A stretch of 62,631 nucleotides of DNA, the filler included. It is 6 parts of 6 records of this genome, joined end to end, with 100 filler letters (N's around TTAATTAATTAA, not from the genome) between each part and the next. Parts side by side here need not be neighbours in the genome. Positions count along the whole stretch, not along the records: positions 20,497 to 41,644 come from SRR22947725_2630; 5 more parts are not named here. The stretch is one strand, 5' to 3'. The position numbers and the translations under genes are program-made. Below the pieces are notes generated by a model. It ran no database searches. It worked only from the letters and a program-made list of their open reading frames with translations, and was not told the origin of the DNA. Shown here piece after piece: positions 31,336 to 40,438 of the stretch. Within the stretch, counting starts at the first letter, position 1. Each line of letters opens with the position of its first letter.

Positions 31336-31938
31336 CTAACCTAAAAGCTCAATAGCACTGATAACGCCATCGGCAACCTCTGAAATTCTTTTATTTTTAT
31401 CCATTGCCATCTTTCTGAGAGATTGATAAGCTTCATCCTCAGTTATTTTTTTGTGCTTCATTAATAAACCCTTGGCCTTTTCTATTGACTTTCGTTCAGC
31501 AAGCTGACTTCTAGTTGCATCTAACTCATCTTTTAAAGCTTGGAATTCTCTAAAACGAGCGATGGCTACATCAATAATTGGCTGCACTCTTTTCTCTTCA
31601 AGGCCGTCAACAATATAAGCATTAACGCCCGATTTAATTGCTGTTCCAGCCATATGTTCCTCAGAGCTCTCTGTAAACATTACAATCGGCTTTGGCTTAG
31701 TTTTGTTGACATCCCTAAGGTTAGCAAAAACAGCCTCATCTGGTATGTCTGCATTAACAATGACAACGTCAGCATGAGTAATTTCATTACTATTGACAAG
31801 GTTTTCACTTTCCTCTAAACGACTAATTACCTCATGACCTTTATCCTGAAGAGCACGTCTAAGGATTGCTGATCGGCCCATATTTTCATCGACTAGAATA
31901 ATTTTAAGGGCAGTCTGATTCATTGTATTTTTTTTCAT
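31336..31938 (-). CDS. nasT: NasT/AmiR-type pseudo-receiver + ANTAR RNA-binding antiterminator
   Basis: REC-like N-terminus (DVVIVN, PIVMFT, GVNAYIVDG), coiled coil, ANTAR domain ERK.IEKAKGLLM......EDEAY..LRK.AM. Confidence 0.88.
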   Translation of the reverse strand: MKKNTMNQTALKIILVDENMGRSAILRRALQDKGHEVISRLEESENLVNSNEITHADVVIVNADIPDEAVFANLRDVNKTKPKPIVMFTESSEEHMAGTAIKSGVNAYIVDGLEEKRVQPIIDVAIARFREFQALKDELDATRSQLAERKSIEKAKGLLMKHKKITEDEAYQSLRKMAMDKNKRISEVADGVISAIELLG

Positions 31939-32018
31939 AATTCTAAGTATTTATAACCATCAATAATATACCTCATTAGCACAAAGGTTATAAATGGATT
32001 AAAGTTTTATTATTAGGC

Positions 32019-32050
32019 CCTCCACTGCAGAATATATTCTTTAGTGGAGG
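32019..32050. terminator. Strong hairpin between amtB and nasT (terminator or mRNA stabiliser)
   Basis: CCTCCACT-gc-AGAATATATTCT-tt-AGTGGAGG; no clear U-tract on the coding (-) strand. Confidence 0.5.
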
Positions 32051-32082
32051 ATTTTAAGTTTAAGTTTATATATTAAAAGTAG

Positions 32083-33297
32083 TTACTTAACTACAAACTC
32101 TGGGTATGCCTCCAGTCCACATTCTGAGATATCCACTCCATCTTCCTCTTCTTCCTTGGATACGCGAATACCAATTAATGCTTTAAGAGCCAGCCAAAGT
32201 AAGAATGATGTCACAAAAACCCAAATAAATATTGTTGTAGCACCAATAATTTGACCTGAAAATGGAACTTCACTATTTGTTAAGGGCACTGCTAAAAGAC
32301 CCCAAAGACCAACAACACCATGAACTGAAATTGCACCAACTGGATCATCGATTTTGAATTTACGATCAAGCATTACAATTGAAATCACTACAATCACACC
32401 ACCGACTGCTCCGATTAAACTTGCAACTAGAGCACTTGGCGTATCCGGTCCAGCAGTGATGGCAACTAGACCTGCTAGAGCTCCATTAAGTGTCATCGTT
32501 AAATCTGCTTTACCAAACCATAGTTTCGCAAATATAAGTGCTGCAATAACACCTCCTGCAGCCGCTGCATTGGTATTAACAAAAACCATTGCCACTGCAT
32601 CTGCACTCTCCTTACTTGCCATTGCTAACACTGATCCACCATTAAAACCAAACCATCCTAGCCATAAGATAAAAGTACCTAAAGTCGCCAAAGGGAGATT
32701 TGCACCTAGAATTGGCTTTGAATTTCCATCCTTATCATATTTCCCTTTTCTGGGACCAAGTACTATTACCCCAGCAATTGCTGCTGCTGCTCCAGCCATA
32801 TGCACAATGCCTGATCCTGCAAAGTCATAGAAGCCAAAATCACCTAAGTTATATAGACCAAAAACATCCTTTCCACCCCACGTCCATGAGCCTTCCAATG
32901 GGTAAATGATAGTAGTAAAAATTATTGCAAAAGCAAAGAATGTAAATAGCTTCATTCTTTCTGCTACAGCACCAGAAACAATTGACATCGCTGTCGCTAC
33001 AAAGACTACTTGAAAGTAAAAGTCAGATGCATTTGAGTATGTTTCGCCCTGTCCACTAATTCCAGAAAGAAAAGCACCACCGCCATACATTAAGTCATAG
33101 CCATAGACCATATACATAGTACATGCAATTGCAAAAAGACCAATATTTTTAGTTAATATTTCTGCGGTATTTTTACTCCTCACAAGGCCAGCTTCTAGCA
33201 TTGAAAAGCCAGCTGCCATCCACATGACAAGGGCGCCCATTACTAAGAAATAAAAGGTATCAATTGCATATTGTAATTCTAATATTTGATTTTCCAT
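32083..33297 (-). CDS. amtB: Ammonium transporter
   Basis: DFAGSGIVH, WLGWFGFNGGS, IDDPVGAISVHG (twin His). Confidence 0.96.
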   Translation of the reverse strand: MENQILELQYAIDTFYFLVMGALVMWMAAGFSMLEAGLVRSKNTAEILTKNIGLFAIACTMYMVYGYDLMYGGGAFLSGISGQGETYSNASDFYFQVVFVATAMSIVSGAVAERMKLFTFFAFAIIFTTIIYPLEGSWTWGGKDVFGLYNLGDFGFYDFAGSGIVHMAGAAAAIAGVIVLGPRKGKYDKDGNSKPILGANLPLATLGTFILWLGWFGFNGGSVLAMASKESADAVAMVFVNTNAAAAGGVIAALIFAKLWFGKADLTMTLNGALAGLVAITAGPDTPSALVASLIGAVGGVIVVISIVMLDRKFKIDDPVGAISVHGVVGLWGLLAVPLTNSEVPFSGQIIGATTIFIWVFVTSFLLWLALKALIGIRVSKEEEEDGVDISECGLEAYPEFVVK

Positions 33298-33306
33298 TTT
33301 CCTCTC

Positions 33307-33651
33307 CTATAGTGCTTCTGGACCAGACTCATTCGTACGAATACGAACGACCTGTTCCAGATTTGTAACAAAAATCTTTCCATCACCAATTTTGCCGCCG
33401 TTAATCTTACAAGCAGTGCTAATGGTCTCAATGACCTCCTCAACCTGCTCATCAGTAATTGCAATCTCTAACTTTACTTTTGGAAGAAATTCAACCACAT
33501 ACTCAGCACCGCGATAAAGTTCTGTATGGCCTTTTTGCCTTCCAAAACCCTTAACTTCGGTTACTGAAACCCCATTTATATCTATATCTGAGAGAACTTG
33601 TCTCACACTATCCAGTCTTTTTGGCTGAATATAAGCTGTAATCATTTTCAT
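33307..33651 (-). CDS. glnK: PII nitrogen regulatory protein
   Basis: GFGRQKGHTELYRGAEY (Tyr51 intact), GKIGDGKIF; directly upstream of amtB. Confidence 0.95.
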   Translation of the reverse strand: MKMITAYIQPKRLDSVRQVLSDIDINGVSVTEVKGFGRQKGHTELYRGAEYVVEFLPKVKLEIAITDEQVEEVIETISTACKINGGKIGDGKIFVTNLEQVVRIRTNESGPEAL

Positions 33652-33674
33652 ATCATTGCTCCAATGTCAAAAAC

Positions 33675-33710
33675 AAAAAAGCCCACTACCTTCGAGAAAG
33701 TAGTGGGCTT
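33675..33710 (-). terminator. Leader terminator T2 of glnK-amtB
   Basis: (-) AAGCCCACTAC-TTTCTCGAAG-GTAGTGGGCTT-TTTT, ending 23 nt before the glnK ATG. Confidence 0.88.
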
Positions 33711-33742
33711 CTATACCATTTCAGCTCATCTTTAAACTGACG

Positions 33743-33781
33743 AAAAAAAACGCTTATTAAGGCAAGTGCCCAAATAAACGT
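33743..33781 (-). terminator. Leader terminator T1 of glnK-amtB (could also end ligA transcripts)
   Basis: (-) ACGTTTATT-TGGGC-ACTT-GCCTT-AATAAGCGT-TTTTTTT. Confidence 0.82.
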
Positions 33782-33824
33782 CTATGTCTTTTCTTGATAC
33801 CAACATTGGCTTCAAGTTGGAGTA

Positions 33825-33830
33825 ATTATA
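33825..33830 (-). promoter_or_regulatory. Putative sigma70 -10 element for the glnK leader
   Basis: TATAAT on (-) strand, 14 nt upstream of the first ANTAR hairpin; region is AT-rich, so a chance match is possible. Confidence 0.45.
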
Positions 33831-33842
33831 TAGAAAATATTT

Positions 33843-35741
33843 TTATATATTTAGTTTTTTTAGATATTCAGATTCTGAAAGGATTTCAACACCATTATTT
33901 TTGGCCTTATTCATTTTTGACTGACCCACATTTTCTCCAATAATGAGAAAATCAGTTTTTGAGCTGACAGATTTTGATACTTTAATGCCTAATGACTTTG
34001 CTTGTTTCTCAAGATCAGATCGAGGCTGATTCATAGTGCCTGTAAACACAATTTTTTTGCTATAAAACGGATTTGAGCTTGTTTCTTCATCAGTAATCAA
34101 AATGGTTTTTTCTAGTTCAAAACCGCCAGATACTAATACTTCATATTGGGATTTAATAGACAACAATCCATCAAAAATGACCTCTGCAGTGAGCTCTGCA
34201 AAACCATCTATCTCTGCAATGCTAGCTATTGAAAGGCTAAAGACTTCATCAATTGAATAATTTTTTAATAAATTTTCACAATTACCCATTCCAAGTCTAT
34301 GAACACCAAAAGCGGCCAAGAAACGCCAATCTTCAATACTTTCTTGACGTGATCTTTGAAGTTGATTAATAAGGTTTTGAGAGGTTTTTTCACCAAAACC
34401 CATAGAAACTAATTCATCTATATTAAGAAGATAAATATCACTTACTTGGCGTATTCCTTTATCATATAATTTTTGAATCGTTGCCTGTCCGAATCCATCA
34501 TTGTTGCCCAAGATTCGAAAAAAATAGATCATCTTGCCAACCACCTGATCTGGGCAATCATTTTCATTGGAACACATCAAAAAATCTGAGTCCCATATTA
34601 ATAGAGAATTGCAGCTCGGACAGTTCAAAGGTATATCAACTTCTGCAGTTTTAAGAACCTTATTTATTTTAGGAATGACCATCCCACTTCGGGTTAACTC
34701 AATAATACTTCCAGCGCCTAGACCTTGTTCTTTGACAAGCCCGTAGTGATGACCAGTTGCCCTATAAATAGTCGCGCCGCTTAATTGAGTTGGCTCCAAC
34801 TCTGCAACAGGGGTTATCTTTCCAGTCCTTCCTACTTGAGCCGTCACTGAAATAACTTTAACTTGTGCTTTTTCCTTATTTTCTTTGTAAGCAATCTGCC
34901 AGCGATGAAACTTACGATTTGAACTCATAAATTCTTTTAATTCAGGATTGACAATTTCAAAGACTACCCCATCAATATCAAAATCAACACCCTCCTCAAG
35001 CTTAATTACTATATCTAAGAATTGATTTTTGAACTCATCAATATTCCCCTTCCAAAATGGAAGTTGCCTGAAAGGAACAAATAAAGCCGCCTTTGCATCA
35101 ATTGCATCTCTAGCAAACTTATCTAATTCTTTTTCCTTAATGAGACTTGCTTGAAAATTTCTTGGATACTCAAAATCATTACTTAAATGGTCTTCAAAGT
35201 AACTCCTCTTAACAACAATCTCTCCAGGGCCCTGGCCTCTTTCACTATCATTTAAAATACCAAGACCTCTTTGAAACACTCTGCTAATATCACTTCCCTT
35301 ATTTCCATCACCTCGAGTGTAGAGTTTTTTTCCATCGTCATAACCGGCAAATCCGTCTAATTTTGCAGTCCCTTTAATTTGAATTTCAGATAGTTGGACA
35401 TTTATTTCTTCAGAAAATTTTGATATTCTTTCAAGCCACTTCTCAATCTCTCCCCAAGTATAAGCCTTGTCAGTTGAGAGCATTTTTTCTGGGAGCTTAA
35501 TTTTTTCATCTGAAAATCCTTCACTTTCAGATTCAACTTTTTGAAGAAAGGGATGATTGGGCAGTCTTTTTTGAAGCTCAGGAATAAAGATGAAATCATA
35601 ATTTTCATCGGTAACTATAGGGCTTCCTCTTCGATAACTATCATTGGCTAGAATGCAGAACTCAAGTAAATCTGAATTAGAAATGTTAATAGCTAATGTG
35701 GATTCATTAGCAATGTTTTGAATCTGTTTTTTTGTCAGCAT
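33843..35741 (-). CDS. ligA: NAD-dependent DNA ligase (divergent)
   Basis: D..YD, MLSTDK, KLDG, DIDGVV, W.IAYK, QVGRTGKITPVA, C4 zinc finger, HhH repeats, C-terminal BRCT. Confidence 0.88.
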   Translation of the reverse strand: MLTKKQIQNIANESTLAINISNSDLLEFCILANDSYRRGSPIVTDENYDFIFIPELQKRLPNHPFLQKVESESEGFSDEKIKLPEKMLSTDKAYTWGEIEKWLERISKFSEEINVQLSEIQIKGTAKLDGFAGYDDGKKLYTRGDGNKGSDISRVFQRGLGILNDSERGQGPGEIVVKRSYFEDHLSNDFEYPRNFQASLIKEKELDKFARDAIDAKAALFVPFRQLPFWKGNIDEFKNQFLDIVIKLEEGVDFDIDGVVFEIVNPELKEFMSSNRKFHRWQIAYKENKEKAQVKVISVTAQVGRTGKITPVAELEPTQLSGATIYRATGHHYGLVKEQGLGAGSIIELTRSGMVIPKINKVLKTAEVDIPLNCPSCNSLLIWDSDFLMCSNENDCPDQVVGKMIYFFRILGNNDGFGQATIQKLYDKGIRQVSDIYLLNIDELVSMGFGEKTSQNLINQLQRSRQESIEDWRFLAAFGVHRLGMGNCENLLKNYSIDEVFSLSIASIAEIDGFAELTAEVIFDGLLSIKSQYEVLVSGGFELEKTILITDEETSSNPFYSKKIVFTGTMNQPRSDLEKQAKSLGIKVSKSVSSKTDFLIIGENVGQSKMNKAKNNGVEILSESEYLKKLNI

Positions 35742-35774
35742 GATTTTTTAAAATCTAGCTTGATTTTAAAAAAA

Positions 35775-36836
35775 TTAAAACTTGGAAGCGATTTGATCAA
35801 AAAGTTCTGCACTATAGCTAATTGTTTTTTCATCATTTTCTTCACTAAGATCTACAAAAATAATGTTTGTTTGAGAGCTAGTGTCCTCTTTTAAAATCAA
35901 CTGGTAAGTTTTTGTAATTGATGCTGTTGCAAGAAGCTTGGAGAAGAAACTCTTATTAGGCGTCACATTGATAAAGTAACTACTCTCAAGTGAGTCTCTA
36001 TCTTCGATGTCAGTATTCAACTCATCTAATGCCCACCCTAAAAGCTTCCATGATTCATTTTTACCAAATGGGAAAACTAAAGAAGCATAACCTGTATCTG
36101 ATAAGACAACTGACACAACAGTTTTTTGCTCTTCAACGTTCGATTGAATCTTTGAAATAGAATCACCCCTATCATTTCCTAAAAAAACCATTAACTGAAG
36201 AAGCATTTCTGTTTCAAGTTCCACATCTTTTTCTCTTGGCTGCCAGACTCTTAAACCTCCATTAACAACTTCGCCAATTGAACTTAATGTTAGATATACT
36301 TCGGACTCCAATGGATTTGTTGTTGGCTCAACTCTAATTCTGTATTTATCGGCAATTGGTAACCCATACTGCGTCTTAAGGACTTTTGAGAGTGCAGCAC
36401 GGATTGCCCCTAAAGACTTATCAGGTACATTTGTTTCAATTTCCAAATAATCAGTCTCTATCAGACCAATTTTTGAGTTTTCTTTCTCTATATTGAAGCC
36501 ATATGAACGAAAAAATTCTTTAGATAATGCCCAAACCTCAGCAGGAGGAAGATCGACTAATAGCCAGCGACGATATTTATCCCTCATAACTTCAACATTT
36601 TGGACTCTTTTTAAAACACTTCTATCATCATTAACTTTTATCACTTCAGTAAATGCGCCTTGAGAGCTCGGTGCAGTTAAATCTGGAGGAATCACTAGTG
36701 AATCAACATTCTCATCTACCTCATAATTTACCAATCTACTTCCTAAGCCAATTTTTTTTACTGGATCAGCAACTTTAGAGCAGCTTGCAACACACAGAGT
36801 TATTAACGCTAATATTAAAAAATTCATAATTTTCAT
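35775..36836 (-). CDS. bamC: Outer membrane assembly lipoprotein BamC/NlpB
   Basis: Lipobox VASC, L.IPPDL, RWLLV, G.IETD, DKYRIRVE; follows dapA. Confidence 0.85.
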   Translation of the reverse strand: MKIMNFLILALITLCVASCSKVADPVKKIGLGSRLVNYEVDENVDSLVIPPDLTAPSSQGAFTEVIKVNDDRSVLKRVQNVEVMRDKYRRWLLVDLPPAEVWALSKEFFRSYGFNIEKENSKIGLIETDYLEIETNVPDKSLGAIRAALSKVLKTQYGLPIADKYRIRVEPTTNPLESEVYLTLSSIGEVVNGGLRVWQPREKDVELETEMLLQLMVFLGNDRGDSISKIQSNVEEQKTVVSVVLSDTGYASLVFPFGKNESWKLLGWALDELNTDIEDRDSLESSYFINVTPNKSFFSKLLATASITKTYQLILKEDTSSQTNIIFVDLSEENDEKTISYSAELFDQIASKF

Positions 36837-37723
36837 ATTAAATTTAATTCCTTTAAATCATTTTCGAGAACTGTTTTACATTCATTTGATAACTCAAGCA
36901 ATGGCAATCTTATTCCTCTGTCACACACACCCATTCTATGTAAAGCCCATTTTACAGGTATTGGATTTGACTCAATAAATAGATTTTTATGAAGCCCTGA
37001 GAGCCCTTCATTTAATTTTAAGGCAACTTCAGTATTTCCAGCAATAGCAGCCAGATATGCTTTTTGGAGCTCTCTAGGAGTAACATTTGCAGTGACTGAA
37101 ATACCGCCGTGTCCCCCCAAAAGAAGAAAATCGATCGCTGTTGCATCATCACCCGTAAGTAGTAAAAAATCTTCAGGGCACTTTGCAACAAGCTCTTTGA
37201 TAACTGATAGGTCTCCTGTAGCATCTTTAATTCCAATAATATTTGAAATTTCTGAGAGTCTTGAAGTGGTATCAACCGACATGTCGACTGCCGTTCTTCC
37301 AGGAACATTGTAAAGGATTTGATCAATGCTAACACTTTCAGCAATCAATTTAAAGTGTTGAAACAATCCCTCTTGAGTCGGTTTATTGTAATAAGGCGTC
37401 ACAAGCAAACAGGCGTCAGCACCGAAATTTTTAGCCTCCTGCGTGAGCTCGATAGCCTCAGAAGTCGAGTTTGCCCCAGTCCCTGCAATAATTGGAATCC
37501 TTCTAGCGGCGTATTTGATCGTATGATCTAATATCTTAAGATGTTCTTTAACACCGACAGTCGCCGATTCACCAGTCGTTCCAACCGAAACTATTGAGCT
37601 TGTTCCAGCATCAATATGGAACTCGATAAGGTTATTTAGCGATTCATAATCAACACTCCCATCGTCAAGCATTGGCGTTATGAGTGCGACATTTGAGCCT
37701 ACAAAGGAGTGATTCTTATTCAT
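36833..37723 (-). CDS. dapA: 4-hydroxy-tetrahydrodipicolinate synthase
   Basis: GTTGES, TPYYNKP, YNVPGRT, IIGIKDA, SNPIPVK. Confidence 0.96.
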   Translation of the reverse strand: MNKNHSFVGSNVALITPMLDDGSVDYESLNNLIEFHIDAGTSSIVSVGTTGESATVGVKEHLKILDHTIKYAARRIPIIAGTGANSTSEAIELTQEAKNFGADACLLVTPYYNKPTQEGLFQHFKLIAESVSIDQILYNVPGRTAVDMSVDTTSRLSEISNIIGIKDATGDLSVIKELVAKCPEDFLLLTGDDATAIDFLLLGGHGGISVTANVTPRELQKAYLAAIAGNTEVALKLNEGLSGLHKNLFIESNPIPVKWALHRMGVCDRGIRLPLLELSNECKTVLENDLKELNLI

Positions 37724-37807
37724 AAATTGATTTATTCAAAATGTAGCTAAAATTATATACGATTGGCCTTCTAATAACAATTCAAGGGCCTACTTTAATA
37801 CAAGACT

Positions 37808-38482
37808 TTAATTCGATAAAAGATCAGGTCTTTTTTGTCTTGTCTTGTGTTTAGCTTGCTCTAATCGCCAAGCATCAATCTTAGCTTGATTTCCACTCAA
37901 TAACACCTCAGGGACTATATCTCCATCAATACTTTCTGGCCTTGTATAGTGCGGGTAATCAAGTAAATTATTGACAAAAGAGTCGCTCAATGAGTCTTTA
38001 TTACCCAAAACATTTGGCAAGCGCCTACTAACTGAATCTATTAATACCATTGCAGCTAACTCACCGCCACTGATAACATAATCACCAATTGATACTTCTA
38101 AATCAACATCATTCTTAATGATCCTCTCATCAACGCCCTCGTATCGCCCACAAAGAAGTGTTAATGACTCAAATGATGATAATTTTTCAACCAAATTTTG
38201 ATTTAATGGCTCACCCTGCGGGGATAGATAGATAACTTTAGTTTCTGGCTCTTGCTCCTTTATTTTTTTGATGCAGTCCCTGATTGGCTTGACCTGCATA
38301 ACCATTCCAGCTCCGCCCCCATAGGCTTTATCATCAACATTTTTGTACTTATTCTCACTAAAATCTCGAAGCTGCCATTCATTAATCGATATGATTGACT
38401 TCTTGATAGCTCTCGCAATTACCCCTTCCTCTTTGATTGAAGAGAACATTTCAGGAAAAAGAGTAATGATGTCAAATCTCAT
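37808..38482 (-). CDS. trmD: tRNA (guanine37-N1)-methyltransferase
   Basis: MRFDIITLFPEMF start, DDK.YGGGAGM, CGRYEGVDER, SIGDYVISGGE. Confidence 0.96.
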   Translation of the reverse strand: MRFDIITLFPEMFSSIKEEGVIARAIKKSIISINEWQLRDFSENKYKNVDDKAYGGGAGMVMQVKPIRDCIKKIKEQEPETKVIYLSPQGEPLNQNLVEKLSSFESLTLLCGRYEGVDERIIKNDVDLEVSIGDYVISGGELAAMVLIDSVSRRLPNVLGNKDSLSDSFVNNLLDYPHYTRPESIDGDIVPEVLLSGNQAKIDAWRLEQAKHKTRQKRPDLLSN

Positions 38483-38495
38483 ACGAAATAAGAAC

Positions 38496-39623
38496 TCAAG
38501 AGAATATATTTCTGAGCACTTGGTAATAAATCTCACTTAAGTCATCAAGGTCTTGAACTAAAACTGATTCATTAATCTGATGAATCGTAGCGTTGACAGG
38601 CCCAAGCTCTACGACCTGAGTTCCCTCTTGAGCAATAAATCTTCCATCCGAAGTCCCGCCTGAGGTTGACAGCTCAGTATCAATACCCTTAGTTTTTTTA
38701 ATCGCCTCGACGCAAGCACTAACCAGTGCACCTTTTGGCGTTAAAAATGGGTAGCCAGAATGAGACCACTCTATGGAGTAATCAAGGTTGTATAAATCAA
38801 GAATTTCATGGACTTTTTTTTGTAAATTCTCTTTATTGGTCTCTGTAGAGTAACGAAAATTAAATTTAACCTGAGCATCACCAGGAATAACGTTTGTTAC
38901 ACCATCTCCTGAATGCATATTTGAAATTTGAAAAGAGGTTGCTGGAAAATAGTCATTGCCATTATCCCACTCTTGATTACAGAGATCATCAAGCGCAGGA
39001 GAAACGAGATGTATAGGGTTTTTAGCTAAATGAGGGTATGCGACATGGCCCTGCTTTCCATTAACTTTCAAAACACCATTTAATGACCCTCTTCTTCCAT
39101 TTTTAATAACATCCCCTGTAGATGAAGTCGAAGAAGGCTCCCCTAACAAACAGTAATCAATCTTTTGTTCATTTGCTTTGAGATAATCCATAACCTTTAC
39201 TGTTCCATTGACTGCAACGCCCTCTTCATCAGAAGTGATTAAAAAGGCAATTCTGCCTTTATGATTTGGATTTTCTTTTATAAATTTTTCAGTAGCGGTA
39301 ACCATTGAAGCAAGCCCACCTTTCATATCTGCTGCACCTCTTCCATAGAGATACCCATCTTTTATCGTCGGTTCAAATGGCTTAGTATTCCAGGCATTTT
39401 CATCACCTGCAGGGACAACATCCGTATGCCCCGCAAAGGCAAATAAAGACCCACTATCTCCATGAACTGCCCAGAAATTATCAACATCTCCAAATTTAAG
39501 TGGGTGTATTTCAAAGCCAATTTTTTTAAGTCTATCAATCATTATGGCTTGACAACCAAGATCATCAGGGGTGATTGAAGGTTTACTTATAAGAGATTTT
39601 GCTAGTTCTAGTGTGTTACTCAT
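38496..39623 (-). CDS. dapE: Succinyl-diaminopimelate desuccinylase
   Basis: [41 protein letters not shown]. Confidence 0.96.
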   Translation of the reverse strand: MSNTLELAKSLISKPSITPDDLGCQAIMIDRLKKIGFEIHPLKFGDVDNFWAVHGDSGSLFAFAGHTDVVPAGDENAWNTKPFEPTIKDGYLYGRGAADMKGGLASMVTATEKFIKENPNHKGRIAFLITSDEEGVAVNGTVKVMDYLKANEQKIDYCLLGEPSSTSSTGDVIKNGRRGSLNGVLKVNGKQGHVAYPHLAKNPIHLVSPALDDLCNQEWDNGNDYFPATSFQISNMHSGDGVTNVIPGDAQVKFNFRYSTETNKENLQKKVHEILDLYNLDYSIEWSHSGYPFLTPKGALVSACVEAIKKTKGIDTELSTSGGTSDGRFIAQEGTQVVELGPVNATIHQINESVLVQDLDDLSEIYYQVLRNIFS

Positions 39624-39628
39624 TATGA

Positions 39629-40438
39629 CTATTTTACTTGTAAATTCAATACTGTACCAAGCGCCTCTTCGATTATATTTCTATCTGGATGATCATTAGA
39701 CATAAGGTAGAGTGCTTTCTCCCAAAACTCAATAGCATCATCAAAATTACCTTCATGGGCCGCAACGATGCCTGAAAAATATAAAACTTGAATTGACTGT
39801 GGATCAAGGCTCAGCGCTTCATCAATCAAAACTTTGGACTTGCCATCAAATTGCCCATCTTGACTAGCAGCTATAGCGCTTGCAAATTGGAGCAACAAGT
39901 CAATATCTTTCGAATTTATTAAGTATGCCCTCTCGAATGTCTCGATTGATTCATTAACATTACCGATACCGATTTGAGCTAAGCCCAACATTTTTAATGC
40001 TTGAAAATCACCTGGATTCATCTCTATAAAACTCTGAAGCCTTTCGATGCTATCACTCATACTCAATGGCTCTGATAAAGAGTTCCCAGATGGAATCATT
40101 TTTGGTGCTAATTGTGAATATACTCCTAGAGATAGAATGCCAAAAATTAAAATAATTGCGAGTGTCCATGGTAACGGCTTAATTGCTATGCTTTTCTTTG
40201 TATCAGGCCTTAATTCAGTCGCTAAAGTATTAACGATTTCAGATTCAGCAGTCTGGTATTGGTCATCCGCTATAAGACCTTGATTTATGTCTGAAATAAG
40301 CTCATCCTGTCTTTGCTGATTAATAGCGATGTTGGACTCGTCACCGCTAATATTCTGGCTGATTGGCCTAAATAGAAACCAGGCAAAAAACGCACATGAC
40401 AATGCAATCATTATTATAAATTGCCAAGCCAGGATCAC
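39629..40438 (-). CDS. ccmI: Cytochrome c biogenesis TPR protein CcmI/CycH
   Basis: Two TMs flanking N.AI..QR..EL..D...G.I, followed by TPR repeats; follows ccmF. Confidence 0.8.
   Translation of the reverse strand: MILAWQFIIMIALSCAFFAWFLFRPISQNISGDESNIAINQQRQDELISDINQGLIADDQYQTAESEIVNTLATELRPDTKKSIAIKPLPWTLAIILIFGILSLGVYSQLAPKMIPSGNSLSEPLSMSDSIERLQSFIEMNPGDFQALKMLGLAQIGIGNVNESIETFERAYLINSKDIDLLLQFASAIAASQDGQFDGKSKVLIDEALSLDPQSIQVLYFSGIVAAHEGNFDDAIEFWEKALYLMSNDHPDRNIIEEALGTVLNLQVK

Larger units (their letters stand above)
33675..33810 (-). promoter_or_regulatory. Tandem ANTAR dual-hairpin attenuators (cis-regulatory leader RNA)
   Basis: (-) hairpins GCC-AATGTT-GGT (33810-33799), GAC-ATAGAC-GTT (33788-33777), TCAGTTT-AAAGAT-GAGCTGA (33740-33721) and GGT-ATAGAA-GCC (33717-33706). 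All have hexaloops with A1/G4, and the 2nd and 4th overlap terminator 5' arms. Confidence 0.8.

Noticed and set aside
31965-32045. Possible additional ANTAR hexaloops (AATGAG, AAAGAA) upstream of nasT
   Set aside because: Flanking bases do not form 3-bp stems, and there is no paired hairpin or terminator overlap.
32354-32830. 158-aa ORF antisense to amtB, and similar shadow ORFs (e.g. 18773-19783, 26951-27292, 51245-51627, 52737-53090)
   Set aside because: They overlap well-supported genes and lack recognisable motifs; antisense or alternative-frame artefacts.
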